Assembly (NCBI GenBank): GCA_964369915.1
Contig: CAYJGG010000003.1
Location: 1,804-65,803 of the forward strand
DNA: 64,000 nucleotides
DNA from: an uncultured Oscillospiraceae bacterium
GTDB taxonomy: Bacteria > Bacillota > Clostridia > Oscillospirales > Ruminococcaceae
Direction of reading: 5' to 3'
The position numbers and the translations under genes were made by a program. The notes below the pieces were generated by a model. That model did no database searches and was not told where the DNA came from. It saw only the letters and a program-made list of their open reading frames with translations. Below, in pieces: positions 28,480-41,700 of the stretch (positions are counted from its first letter, which is position 1; every line of letters begins with the position of its first letter).

Positions 28480-29631
28480 CTAATATTTTAATAGGTTTTC
28501 TTCTATAAGCCTTTTTTCAATATACGGCATTACATTTATAAATTTTTTAAACTCATTATACTTTAAAAATTCTTCATTATTAAAGCTTTGTTTTTTAATC
28601 GCTTTTATCGCAATGTTTTTCGGAGTATGCTCTGTTTCAATAAACTCCATAACACTAACATCAAAGCCTAAAGATTTTAATATTTGTGCTCTTAAGCTAT
28701 CCGTTGCAAGTGCTGAAAATCTTTCTTTAATAAGCCCGAATTGAAGCATGGTATTAAGATTATCATTTTTTATTTTAGTGAAAAATTCGTGCTGGCAACA
28801 AGGAACTGCAACTATTGCCTTTGCATTAAATTTAATACTTTGCACAATCCCCTCATCTGTTGCATTATCACAAGCATGAAGCATTATAACTAAATCAACA
28901 TCTTTTGTTCTTGTGTAATCTTTAATATCACCATGCATAAATTCTAAAAATTCATATCCTAATTCTTTTGAAACTTTGTTGCAATATTCAATAACATCAG
29001 TTTTTAAATCAAGCCCTGTTACTACTGCTTTTCTTTTTAAAATTTTAATAACATAATAATATAAAGCAAATGTTAAATACGCTTTTCCACAGCCAAAATC
29101 TACAATTTTTAATTCTTTATCTTTTTCAAAATTTTCAAAAATCGGAGATATTAACTCAAGATACTTATTTATTTGGCGAAACTTATTATATTTTGATTTA
29201 ATAATTTTCCCATCACTACTCATAACTCCTAAATACTTTAAAAAATCAATATTTTCATACTCATTTAATATATATTCTTTTTTTCGATTATGAGATGAAA
29301 TACTAACTTTTTTTGTAGCTGGCTTTGTTTTTGCTGTTATTTTATCTTTAAAGCAGTTTAAATGATAATCGTTTAACCCGCCATAAATTATACACTGAAC
29401 AAAAACTTCTTTTAATAAATATTCAATTTCATCAATTAAATCATTCTCTTTAATATTTTTATGCACAACTTGTTTATCTTTTGTGTATTCTAATTGATAC
29501 ATAATTTCATTTTTTTGCAAAAAAGGTTTAATTAAAACTTTTGAATATTCACTTTGCACGCCTTTTTTAATTTGACTAATATTTATAAGCGCAATATCTT
29601 GATTTAAATAGCTAATTAATTTTTCTCTCAT
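28480..29631 (-). CDS. Class I SAM-dependent methyltransferase (Methyltransf_32-like), substrate unknown
   Basis: 383 aa. SAM motif I VDFGCGKAYLT in the middle of the protein. The N-terminal ~170 aa is uncharacterised. Confidence 0.7.
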   Translation of the reverse strand: MREKLISYLNQDIALINISQIKKGVQSEYSKVLIKPFLQKNEIMYQLEYTKDKQVVHKNIKENDLIDEIEYLLKEVFVQCIIYGGLNDYHLNCFKDKITAKTKPATKKVSISSHNRKKEYILNEYENIDFLKYLGVMSSDGKIIKSKYNKFRQINKYLELISPIFENFEKDKELKIVDFGCGKAYLTFALYYYVIKILKRKAVVTGLDLKTDVIEYCNKVSKELGYEFLEFMHGDIKDYTRTKDVDLVIMLHACDNATDEGIVQSIKFNAKAIVAVPCCQHEFFTKIKNDNLNTMLQFGLIKERFSALATDSLRAQILKSLGFDVSVMEFIETEHTPKNIAIKAIKKQSFNNEEFLKYNEFKKFINVMPYIEKRLIEENLLKY

Positions 29632-29645
29632 TTTTTTAATTCTTT

Positions 29646-31418
29646 CTATTCTTCACAAAATACTGGAACAAATGATTTTGAAAATACATCAACCATTCCC
29701 ATATCACTAAATTTAAATTCTGGAATAACTATTAAAGAAAGTGTTACTATACGAAGTAGTGGATTTTTTAAATCAATCCCAGCCTCATTTAAAACTCTTT
29801 TCATTTCTTTAACTTCTTTTGAAAGTTCGAAAATATCTTTTGAAGATACAATTCCTGCAACATTTAAAGCAAGTAATCCTTTAATTTTTGCATCTTCAGC
29901 ATATGCCATACCGCCACCGATTTCTTTTAATTTATTTACAACAACAAGTGCATCTTCTGCTTTTTTAAATACTACAACTAAATTATGTGAATCGTGAGAA
30001 ACAGTTGAAGATAACGCGCCTTTAAATTTTGCAAAGCCTTTAACAACACCTAGATTATAATCACCTGTGCCATATCTATTAATTATAATAGCAAACTGCA
30101 GATTTTCATCATTAGAAATATCAACTTTTCCATCTACAACTGGTAATTCTATAACTTCTTTTTTAGCATATGCAGAAGAAGATGTTTGATAAGCCATAGC
30201 ATTGATTTTAACGGTTTTATCAGCTTTATTTGGTGCATATAAAGTTAAATCTTCCAGTGTAAAGTCTTTTATCTTTACAGTGTTTTCAGTTTCCAGACTA
30301 TCTCTTATATCTTCAATTTCAGCTAATAAAACACCATCTTTTGCAACTAAGTTACCGTCTGTAAAAACATGACTAGGTTTTAACTCATTTAAATCATCCA
30401 TTAACAGCATATCTGCAACATATCCAGCTGCAATAGCACCTAAATTTTTAATATCAACTTCTAAAGCTGCATTTAATGTACAAGATTTTATAGCCGTTAC
30501 TGGATCAAATCCATGGCGAATTGCATCTCTTAAAACATCATTCATATGTCCGCCATCGATTATTTCATCAACTTCTCTATCATCAGTGCAAAATGTTAAT
30601 CTATCAAAGAATTTAACGCCTTCTAGTCCATCAATAATTGTTTCAACATTTTTTGTCATTGAAGATGAACGCGCATCAATATACATACCATTACGAATTT
30701 TAGGTTTTGCTTCGTGCTGTGCTCTTGTTTCATGGCAAGTTGTAGGGCCACCAACTAAATAACTACTTAGCATTCTTCCTGTAATTCCAGGAGCGTGACC
30801 TTGAATATATCTTCCGTCTTTTTCAAAAACTTCAATAATACTCATCATTCTATCGCTAGCATTTGCAACACCAACAAAATCCATAACTTCGCCAAGACCA
30901 ATAATATTAGATAAATTTAGCATCTTTTCAATTTCTTTTGCTGTGAATTCAGCTCCATTCCCTTCCATATTAGGAACAGATGGTACACAAGAAGGAATAT
31001 TTACATACATTTTCATCGGTAGACTTTCGCTCATTTTTGTCATATATTCAACGCCACGAATTCCACAAACATTTGCTATTTCATGAGGATCTGTTACAAC
31101 CATTGTTGTACCATGTGGTAAAACAGTTTTTGCAAAATTTCTAGGAATCATTAATGAGCTTTCAATATGTACGTGTGCATCAATAAAACCTGGAGTTAAA
31201 TATTTCCCTTGTGCATCTATAATTTCTTTAGCATTAACCTCATTAAAATCTTCAGTTTCAACGTGGGCAATAAAGCCATCGTAAATAAATACATTTGCTT
31301 TATAAATTTCGCCTGTAAAAGTGTTAACTAAATTTGCATTAATTATAGCTAAATCACTTGGGATTTTCCCAAGTGCTGCCATCATTAAACCTTTTTTATC
31401 TTTTGGGTAAATTTTCAT
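29646..31418 (-). CDS. ade: Adenine deaminase
   Basis: 590 aa. Amidohydrolase metal motif FIDAHVHIES and the two-domain length typical of bacterial Ade. Confidence 0.9.
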   Translation of the reverse strand: MKIYPKDKKGLMMAALGKIPSDLAIINANLVNTFTGEIYKANVFIYDGFIAHVETEDFNEVNAKEIIDAQGKYLTPGFIDAHVHIESSLMIPRNFAKTVLPHGTTMVVTDPHEIANVCGIRGVEYMTKMSESLPMKMYVNIPSCVPSVPNMEGNGAEFTAKEIEKMLNLSNIIGLGEVMDFVGVANASDRMMSIIEVFEKDGRYIQGHAPGITGRMLSSYLVGGPTTCHETRAQHEAKPKIRNGMYIDARSSSMTKNVETIIDGLEGVKFFDRLTFCTDDREVDEIIDGGHMNDVLRDAIRHGFDPVTAIKSCTLNAALEVDIKNLGAIAAGYVADMLLMDDLNELKPSHVFTDGNLVAKDGVLLAEIEDIRDSLETENTVKIKDFTLEDLTLYAPNKADKTVKINAMAYQTSSSAYAKKEVIELPVVDGKVDISNDENLQFAIIINRYGTGDYNLGVVKGFAKFKGALSSTVSHDSHNLVVVFKKAEDALVVVNKLKEIGGGMAYAEDAKIKGLLALNVAGIVSSKDIFELSKEVKEMKRVLNEAGIDLKNPLLRIVTLSLIVIPEFKFSDMGMVDVFSKSFVPVFCEE

Positions 31419-31536
31419 ATTGTACCATCTTTCTTTTTAAGTTGTTAATTTCCATATTTATAATATTATAACATAATATTATTTCAAAACTTTAATTAAT
31501 ATTTAAATTAATATTCATAAATAACTCTATTATATA

Positions 31537-31575
31537 TGGGAAAAATCATAGAGATTTCTCCCTATGATTTTTATT
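31537..31575 (-). terminator. Intrinsic terminator after gatB
   Basis: Minus-strand RNA: AAAAAUCAUAGGGA-GAAA-UCUCUAUGAUUUUU (14 bp including one G-U, GNRA tetraloop). The U-run forms the 3' arm. Confidence 0.7.
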
Positions 31576-31578
31576 TAA

Positions 31579-33018
31579 TTATCCCTCAATAGCTTTTATA
31601 ACCATTTCTCTTAATATATTTGGATTTCCTTGACCTTTACTTGCTTTCATACATTGACCAACTAAGAAACCTAAAACATTTGTTTTTCCATTTTTATAAT
31701 CATTAACAGCTTTATCATTGTTTTTAATAACTTCATCAACAATACCATTTAATGCAGAAGTATCACTTATTTGCCCTAGACCTTTTTCTTCTACTACTTT
31801 TGTTGGTGATTTATCTTCATCAATAATAACATCTAAAACAGTTTTACCAGCTGTGTTTGAAATTTTATTAGATTCAATTAATGTAATCATTTCAACTAGA
31901 TTTTCAGCAGTTAATTTTAAATCAGTCATAATCATATTACGCTCATTTAAAATTTTAGAAATATCGCCTAAAATCCAGTTTGAAATATTTTTAACTTCGC
32001 ATTTATTTAGTTTTATACAATCTTCAAAGAACATCGCTCTATCTTTATTTGTAATTAATAAAGAGGCATCTGCTTTTGAAAGTTTATATTCTTCAATATA
32101 TCTAATTAATTTTTCAGCTGGAAGTTCTGGCAGAGAGTCTTTTAACTCTTTAATTTTTTCATCAGTTACAATAAATGTTAATAAATCTGGATCTGGGAAA
32201 TATCTATAATCTTGTGCATCTTCTTTAGAACGAAGAATAATATTTTTACCAGCCATATCGTCCCATTTTCTTGTTTCTTGAGTGATAGTGCCGCCATTTG
32301 AAATAACATCAACTTGTCTTTTTGCTTCATAAGTGATAGCTCTGTGAGCTGCTGAAAAGCTATTAACGTTTTTCATTTCAACTCTTGTTCCAAATTCAGT
32401 TGAGCCTTTTAATCTAACAGAAACATTAACGTCACAGCGAACATTACCCTCTTGCATTTTTGCTTCACTTATACCTAGATAAATTAGTGTTGAGTGAATT
32501 GTATCAAGGTATGCTTTAGCTTCATCTGCTGAGCGTATATCTGGCTCTGAAACGATTTCAATTAATGGAACACCACAACGGTTGTAATCTGCTAAAGTTC
32601 CACCAAAATCATCATCATGAATTAATTTTCCTGCATCTTCTTCTATATGAATTCTAGTAACACCAATTCTTTTAACTTCATCACCAACTAAAACATCTAA
32701 ATGTCCATTTTCACATAATGGAATATCAAATTGAGAAATTTGATATGATTTTGGTAAGTCTGGATAGAAGTAGTTTTTTCTATCTTGTTTTGTTGTTCCA
32801 TTTATTGAGCAGTTTAAAGCATGTCCCATTTTAACTGCATATTCAACCACTTGTTCATTTAAAACTGGCAGTGTTCCTGGCAGTCCCATACAAACAGGGC
32901 AAACATTTGTATTAACTTCTGAGCCAAATTCATTTTTACAGCCACAGAATATTTTTGTATTTGTTGAAAGCTCAGCGTGCACTTCAAGGCCTACAACTAT
33001 TTCATAATTCTTCATCAT
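31579..33018 (-). CDS. gatB: Asp/Glu-tRNA amidotransferase subunit B
   Basis: 479 aa with a conserved N-terminus (IGLEVHAEL-type: VGLEVHAEL). gatCAB synteny. Confidence 0.96.
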   Translation of the reverse strand: MMKNYEIVVGLEVHAELSTNTKIFCGCKNEFGSEVNTNVCPVCMGLPGTLPVLNEQVVEYAVKMGHALNCSINGTTKQDRKNYFYPDLPKSYQISQFDIPLCENGHLDVLVGDEVKRIGVTRIHIEEDAGKLIHDDDFGGTLADYNRCGVPLIEIVSEPDIRSADEAKAYLDTIHSTLIYLGISEAKMQEGNVRCDVNVSVRLKGSTEFGTRVEMKNVNSFSAAHRAITYEAKRQVDVISNGGTITQETRKWDDMAGKNIILRSKEDAQDYRYFPDPDLLTFIVTDEKIKELKDSLPELPAEKLIRYIEEYKLSKADASLLITNKDRAMFFEDCIKLNKCEVKNISNWILGDISKILNERNMIMTDLKLTAENLVEMITLIESNKISNTAGKTVLDVIIDEDKSPTKVVEEKGLGQISDTSALNGIVDEVIKNNDKAVNDYKNGKTNVLGFLVGQCMKASKGQGNPNILREMVIKAIEG

Positions 33019-33021
33019 AAA

Positions 33022-34482
33022 TTAAAACTCCTTCACCTTAAATCCACCAATTGCTGTTTCATAGCATTTTGCAACATTTAGCATTTTATATTCGCTAAAT
33101 TTTTCGCCTATAATTTGAAATCCTATTGGCATATTGTTTGCATCAAATCCACAAGGCACGTTCATACCTGGAAGACCTGCTATATTTAAAGTTACAGTAC
33201 AGATATCCCCTGCATACATCGCAACTGGATCGCTTGATTTTTCACCAATTTTAAATGCTGTTGTAGGGCTCATTGGAGTGATAATTATATCGCAAGATTT
33301 GAATGCATCTGTAAACTCTTGTGTAATTTTTTGTTGCAGAACTTTTGCTCTTTTATAGTATGCATCATAGTATCCTGATGATAAAACATATGTTCCTAGC
33401 ATAATTCTTCTTTTAACTTCATCACCAAAACCTTCACTTCTTGATGATTCGTATAAATCGATTAAACTACCTCTTTTTGAGCCAGTGTATCCGTATTTTA
33501 CGCCATCGTATCTACCTAAGTTTGATGAAGCTTCTGCTGAAGAAATAATATAATAAGCTGAAAGAGCGTAGTCTGTTGATGGAAGAGATATTTCTACAAC
33601 TTGAGCCCCTTGATTTTTTAAAACTTCGATAGCTTCATATATTTTTTCTTTAATTTCTTTTGAAATACCTTCTCCAAAATATTGTGATGGTATTCCTATT
33701 TTTAAACCTTTAACATCATTTGGCATTTCTGTGTAAGATGTTATTTTGCTTGTAGCATCTTTTTTATCATGTCCTTTGATTGCATCAAAAAGCATTTTTG
33801 TATCATCAACAGTTCTTGCCATAGGACCAATTTGATCTAAAGAAGAACCAAAGGCAACTAGTCCATATCTTGAAACTGCACCATAAGTTGGTTTTAGGCC
33901 AACAATACCAGTAAAACTAGCTGGTTGACGGATACTACCACCAGTGTCAGAACCTAATGAAAATGGAACTTGGCTAGCCGCAACAGTAGCAGCACTTCCT
34001 GATGATGAACCACCTGGAATTCTTGAAGTATCCCAAGGGTTTGTTGTTGTTTTAAAATATGAGTTTTCCCCAGAAGAACCCATTGCGAATTCATCCATAT
34101 TAACTTTACCTATGATAACTGCGTCTTTATCAAGTAATTTTTCAACAACAGTTGCATTATAAGGAGGGATAAAATTTTCAAGCATTTTTGATGCACAAGT
34201 AGTTTTTAATCCTTTTGTACACATATTATCTTTAACAGCAACAGGAATACCAGCTATATCTGAAACTGTTTCCCCTTTTGCTCTTTTTTCATCTGCGATT
34301 TGTGCTTGTTTTCTAGCTTCATCAAAGTTATATGAAATATATGCTTTAATTTCACTGTCTGTTTTTTCTATTCTATCAATAACTGAATTTGTTATCTCTA
34401 GCGATGACACTTCTTTATTTTGAAGTAATTTTTTCATTTCGGTTGCCGATAGGCTGTATAACTTGTCCATTACTATAATCAT
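33022..34482 (-). CDS. gatA: Asp/Glu-tRNA amidotransferase subunit A
   Basis: 486 aa with amidase signature GGSSSGSAA. The start could be the second ATG at 34470 (MDKLY...). Neither ATG has an ideally spaced SD. Confidence 0.95.
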   Translation of the reverse strand: MIIVMDKLYSLSATEMKKLLQNKEVSSLEITNSVIDRIEKTDSEIKAYISYNFDEARKQAQIADEKRAKGETVSDIAGIPVAVKDNMCTKGLKTTCASKMLENFIPPYNATVVEKLLDKDAVIIGKVNMDEFAMGSSGENSYFKTTTNPWDTSRIPGGSSSGSAATVAASQVPFSLGSDTGGSIRQPASFTGIVGLKPTYGAVSRYGLVAFGSSLDQIGPMARTVDDTKMLFDAIKGHDKKDATSKITSYTEMPNDVKGLKIGIPSQYFGEGISKEIKEKIYEAIEVLKNQGAQVVEISLPSTDYALSAYYIISSAEASSNLGRYDGVKYGYTGSKRGSLIDLYESSRSEGFGDEVKRRIMLGTYVLSSGYYDAYYKRAKVLQQKITQEFTDAFKSCDIIITPMSPTTAFKIGEKSSDPVAMYAGDICTVTLNIAGLPGMNVPCGFDANNMPIGFQIIGEKFSEYKMLNVAKCYETAIGGFKVKEF

Positions 34483-34571
34483 TCCTTTCTTTTGGTTTTG
34501 TGTTTTTTACTATGCATATTAAAATCATTAAATTTAAAATAATCTTATATACATATACCACTCAAAACCCG

Positions 34572-34594
34572 AAGTTTGAATTTTTTTCAAACTT
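34572..34594 (-). promoter_or_regulatory. Hairpin in the gatC-gatA spacer (possible attenuator)
   Basis: 9-bp stem AAGUUUGAA/UUCAAACUU with a 5-nt loop, followed on the minus strand by CGGGUUUUGAG. Confidence 0.35.
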
Positions 34595-34605
34595 TTCTAT
34601 TTTTA

Positions 34606-34875
34606 TTAATCTACAACTTTTGGTATCATTATGCAGCCTGCTGCTGTATATGGTGCATTTTTAAGCATTTCATCTCTGTTAAAAGATTTTTCCACAACGT
34701 CTTTTCTTAGTTCCATTGTGTTTTCAGGATCTAATAATGCGCCACCTGATGGAAGTTCTGGTAGATGTTCGCACATCTCGATAATTCCAATCATTTCTTT
34801 TTCAAATTTTGCAACCTTTTCTTCTTCGATTGAAAGCCTTGCAAGTTTTGCAATATGTTTAATATTGATTTCCAT
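34606..34875 (-). CDS. gatC: Asp/Glu-tRNA amidotransferase subunit C
   Basis: 89 aa with a typical GatC N-terminus (HIAKLARLSIEEEE-like). Immediately downstream of ligA. Confidence 0.9.
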   Translation of the reverse strand: MEINIKHIAKLARLSIEEEKVAKFEKEMIGIIEMCEHLPELPSGGALLDPENTMELRKDVVEKSFNRDEMLKNAPYTAAGCIMIPKVVD

Positions 34876-34888
34876 TTATATTCTCCTT

Positions 34889-36880
<1,992 letters not shown>

Positions 36881-36932
36881 CTAAAATATTATATCAAATT
36901 TTACTCCTTCTTACAATACTAATTTTTAGAAT

Positions 36933-37589
36933 TTATTCAGAAATTAATAGACTATTACTTCCTATATTATTTGGCACTTCTCCAACGATAATAGTTTCAG
37001 CAACACACACTTTGGTGTTTATATTAACGCCTGTTGTGTATCGTGAAATTAAAGCGTCAGCTGTAATATCAAAAACAAGTGAAATTCTATGGTTAACTTG
37101 ATTTATGCCTGTATTGATAAACTCTGTTTCTATATCCACTTCAACATATGCTGTTGGAATTATTGTAAAAGTTAAACTTGGTCCTTTATTTTGAAAAAAA
37201 TCAATAGTTGTGATATTTCCTATCGGAACATAAATGTTTGAAGGACCTATTTTATCAGTACTTTGCAAAACTGCTGTTGTCATTAATGATTTTAATTTAT
37301 TCATTTCAAGTGCATCATAAGATAAACTCACTATTTCACCATCTTCATTCTTTTCTAAAGTGACTAAATCAAGGTATGTGAGCTGTAGTTTTTCTAGTTC
37401 ATTAGTTATAGTATTATTCACTGCTTGAGTTACTATGCTTTGCGTTCTTGTTTGCGCAATTTTTTGCACTACTGGACGCAGTTGTAAATCTGCTATTAAA
37501 ATAATTATAGCAGCTATAACTATTATTAAAATTAAAATTATCTTTAAAACAGTTATTTTTTTTAATCCTGTTTTCACTTTTCTTCTCAT
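36933..37589 (-). CDS. yunB: Sporulation protein YunB
   Basis: 218 aa with an N-terminal TM anchor. Family resemblance across the body (ADLQLRPVV..., NQVNHRISL...). Confidence 0.75.
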   Translation of the reverse strand: MRRKVKTGLKKITVLKIILILIIVIAAIIILIADLQLRPVVQKIAQTRTQSIVTQAVNNTITNELEKLQLTYLDLVTLEKNEDGEIVSLSYDALEMNKLKSLMTTAVLQSTDKIGPSNIYVPIGNITTIDFFQNKGPSLTFTIIPTAYVEVDIETEFINTGINQVNHRISLVFDITADALISRYTTGVNINTKVCVAETIIVGEVPNNIGSNSLLISE

Positions 37590-37644
37590 TATATCTCCTC
37601 ACTTATTAAAGGCATTATATAATGTATATTAATTTTTGCATAAA

Positions 37645-37676
37645 AAAATAAGTGATTTATAAAAATCACTTATTTT
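37645..37676 (-). terminator. Intrinsic terminator after pfkA
   Basis: Perfect 14-bp stem AAAAUAAGUGAUUU/AAAUCACUUAUUUU with a 4-nt loop, followed on the minus strand by UUUAUGC. Confidence 0.65.
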
Positions 37677-37683
37677 AATTTTT

Positions 37684-38655
37684 TTAAATTGAAATAGCTT
37701 CAGCCATATTCATTAATTCTTCGTCAACCGTTTTTGTTTTTGCAAGAGCTTCAGTAATATCAAAATCAACCACTTTATCTTCTTTTAATCCAATAACTCG
37801 ATTATAAACACCCTCGTTTAAAAGTTTAATTGCATGATACGACATTTGCGCTGCAACAACTCTATCTCTTAAACTAGGTGAGCCACCTCTTTGCACGTGT
37901 CCTAATATAGTTGCTCTTGTTTCTATTCCTGTTTCTTGCTGGATATACCAAGCAATTTCCTCAACTTTTCCAACACCTTCTGCAACTAATATAAGGAAAT
38001 TTTTCTTGCCTTCGGCTTTAGTTTTATGAATTCTTTTAATAACATCTTCTTTTAAATTATATTTCTGTTCAGGAATTAAAATAGCTAAAGCACCAGTTGC
38101 AATACCTGTGTTTACTGCAAGATATCCAGAGTTTCTTCCCATAACTTCAACTACTGAGCATCTTTCATGGCTTTGAGTTGTATCTCTTAATCTATCAATC
38201 ATTTCCATAGCAGTGTTAAGAGCTGTATCGTATCCAATCGTGTAATCACTACTAGCGATATCATTATCAATAGTTCCTGGAATTCCTATTGTGCGAATAC
38301 CTTTTTTAGCTATTGCACGGCAACCTCTAAATGAACCATCACCACCGATAACAACTAACGCGTCTATCCCATGTTTTAGGCAAGTTTGATATGCTTTTTC
38401 TTGCCCTTCTTCTGTCATAAATTCTAAAGAACGAGCGGTATAAAGCATAGTTCCACCACGGTGAATAATTTCTGATACACTTCTTAAGTGCATATCAATA
38501 ACATCATCGTTAACTAAGCCATTATATCCGTGTTTTATCCCTTTAACTTTTAATCCGTTAAATATTGCTGTTCTTACAAGTGCTCTTATTGCAGGATTCA
38601 TTCCTGGTGCATCTCCACCTGAAGTTAGTATTCCAATTGTTTTAATTTCGCCCAT
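37684..38655 (-). CDS. pfkA: ATP-dependent 6-phosphofructokinase
   Basis: 323 aa. Motifs GGDAPGMN, GGDGS and PGTIDND. Confidence 0.96.
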   Translation of the reverse strand: MGEIKTIGILTSGGDAPGMNPAIRALVRTAIFNGLKVKGIKHGYNGLVNDDVIDMHLRSVSEIIHRGGTMLYTARSLEFMTEEGQEKAYQTCLKHGIDALVVIGGDGSFRGCRAIAKKGIRTIGIPGTIDNDIASSDYTIGYDTALNTAMEMIDRLRDTTQSHERCSVVEVMGRNSGYLAVNTGIATGALAILIPEQKYNLKEDVIKRIHKTKAEGKKNFLILVAEGVGKVEEIAWYIQQETGIETRATILGHVQRGGSPSLRDRVVAAQMSYHAIKLLNEGVYNRVIGLKEDKVVDFDITEALAKTKTVDEELMNMAEAISI

Positions 38656-38704
38656 AGTATCTACCTCCTTGATTTTTAAATAATATCAATGAATTATTAA
38701 CACG

Positions 38705-41700
38705 CTACTCTTTATAAACAACATTTTCATCACCTAAAATAAATTTTAATTGATTAAGCGTTGAAAAATCATCAAACCCCCACATTCTCTCGGGTGCTTT
38801 TAAGTATTCTTTTGTGTCTTTAAAATATAAATACACAGGAATACTGCCTTTTAATGATTCTAAATACACTTTTGTTTTTTCAAACTCAAAACTAGTTTTG
38901 CTCTCAATTCTTAAATATATTCCAAATTTAGAATTTTGATGTTGTTTTTTTAAATTTTCTGCTTTTTCTGAATCAACGTTAATTATCTCTTCTGCTAAAA
39001 TTACCGTTTCATCTTCTTTTAGTGAAACTCTACCTTTGATTATAATTACAACATTTTCAGCTAAATGAATATTTTGTCTTTCTAAGATTTTTGGAAAAGC
39101 TATCACTTCTAAAGAACCTGATAAATCTTCTACAGTGATAAATCCCATAATTTCATTTTTCTTTGTTGTATGGTATCTAGTTTTTGTTATAATCGCAACT
39201 ATTGTTTGCACACTATTATCGTATACCTCATTACCCTCTCCCGTCAAGGTAGAAATGTTGCAAGTTGATATACTTTTAGAATAATCTATGTATTTTTCGA
39301 GCGGATGACCTGAAATATATATACCCGCAAGTGTTTTTTCAAAATTTAAAATTTCATTATCGGTAAATTCTTGGCAATCCGGATAATTGTAATCATCTTT
39401 TTGATGATATTTACTCTCTTTCGCTTCATCAGAGATGCTAAAAAAGTCAATTTGTCCTTCCATATTTGCTTTCATATCCTGATTTACGCTTTTTAAAACC
39501 ATTTCAATAGCATTGTATAATTGTCTTCTTTTAAAATTAAAGCTATCAAAAGCTCCAACTTTTATTAAACTTTCTGCAGCACGCTTACTATAATCTTTTC
39601 CTGCTAGTCTTTTAGTTAAATCAAATAAGCCTTTATATCCTCCGTTTTCTTCTCTTTCTTTAACTAAAGACTCAACAAACTGTCTGCCTACATTTTTTAT
39701 AGCTGAAAGACCATATCTAATATTATCTCCTTCAACTGTAAAACCTGAGTAGCTTTTTTGAATATCTGGTGGCAGGATTTTAATGTCTAATCTTTTACAT
39801 TCTTGTGTGTATTCTAATATTTTATTTGAGTTTTCAAAAATGCTAGTTAGCATAGATGCTAAGAATTCTTTTGGATAATGAGCTTTTAAATAAGCTGTTT
39901 GATAAGCTAAAATTGCATATGCCGCTGCATGAGATTTATTAAAAGCGTATGAAGCAAAACTTAGCATTTCTTCAAAAATGGCATTAGCAGCATTTTTATT
40001 TATTCCATTAGCCGCACAGCCTTCTAAAAAGTGTGTTCTTTCTTTTTCCATTACATCAGCTTTTTTCTTACTCATTGCTCTTCTAACTAAATCCGCTTGC
40101 CCATAAGAGTATCCGGCAAGTTCTCTAAATATTTGCATAACTTGCTCTTGATAAACTATGCAGCCATTAGTTACATTAAGTATATTTTCTAAAGATTTAT
40201 CTTTATATGATATTTTTTGGGGATGATGTCTGTTTTCAATAAATTTTGGAATTGAATCCATAGGCCCTGGGCGGTATAAAGATATTACGGCTATTAAATC
40301 CTCTAAATCTATCGGCTTTAATCCAACTAAAGCATTAGTCATCCCTGCTGATTCAAACTGGAATACACCACTAGTTTCTCCTAGTGAAAGCATTTCAAAC
40401 ACTTTTTTATCTTCAAGAGATATTTTATCTATATCAAAATCTTTATTATGCTTTTTAATCATTTCTTCGCAATGTCTAATAACAGTTAGTGTGCGAAGTC
40501 CTAGAAAGTCCATTTTTAATAAGCCTAGTTCTTCTATTGTTGTCATTGGAAACTGCGTTACTATCTGCCCGTCATTACTTTGTAGTGGCACATAGTTATC
40601 ACAAGGTTTATCTGTTATAACAACTCCCGCTGCATGAGTTGAGGCGTGTCTTGGCATTCCTTCAACTTTTATTGCTAAATCAACTAATTCTTTTATCTGT
40701 GGGTTTTCGTTATAGGCTTGTCTTAACTCATTAGAAATTTTAAGAGCTCTTTCAATACTCATTTTAAAATTAGCTTCACCTGGAATTAGTTTTGCCACCC
40801 TATCAACTGTTGAATAAGGAATATCCATAACTCTTCCTATATCTCTAATAGCAGCTCTTGCTGCTAGTGTTCCAAAAGTTATAATTTGAGCAACATGATC
40901 TTCACCATATTTTCTAACAACATAATCTATAACTTCCCCTCTTCTTTCATAGCAAAAATCTATATCAAAGTCGGGCATACTTATTCTATCTGGGTTTAAA
41001 AACCTTTCAAATAGAAGATTATATTTTATAGGATCAACATTTGTTATCCCTGAGCAATAAGCTGTTAAACTACCTGCACCAGAGCCTCTACCTGGCCCTA
41101 CTGGGATATTATTAGTTTTTGCAAAATTAATAAAATCGTAAACTATTAAATAATAATCCACAAATCCCATTTTACTAATTATACCTATTTCATATTCTAA
41201 TCTATCTGTTAATTCTTTTGTTATCTCTGGATATCTTTCTTTTAATCCGTCATAACACAGTTTAACAAAGAAATCATAGTTATCACTGCCATCAGGAGTT
41301 GTGTATTTTGGAAGTTTTGTAACGCCAAATTCATAATCAAAATTACATTTTTCCATAACTTCTAAAGTGTTAGAGCAAGCATCTGGAATATAGGAGAATA
41401 AATCATACATCTCATTAGTGCTTTTAACGTAAAATTCATCGGTTTCAAATTCTAAAGTGTCTGTATCTGATAGAGTTTTATTTGTTTGCACGCAAATTAA
41501 TGCATACTGCATTTTTGAATCTTCTTTATTTATATAATGGCAGTCGTTTGTTGCAATTAATTTTATATTTAATTCATTAGCAAGAGTTATTAATTTAGGT
41601 AACACTTTTTGCTGGTCGGCAATACCGTGGTCTTGAATTTCAATATAGTAATCATCTCCAAACACATCTTTATACCACTGTGCCGCTTCTTTTGCTCTTG

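Noticed and set aside
37414-37602. 62-aa minus-strand ORF overlapping the 5' end of yunB in another frame
   Set aside because: It overlaps the better-supported YunB frame. Its translation is N-, S- and K-rich low complexity, and I see no independent translation signal.
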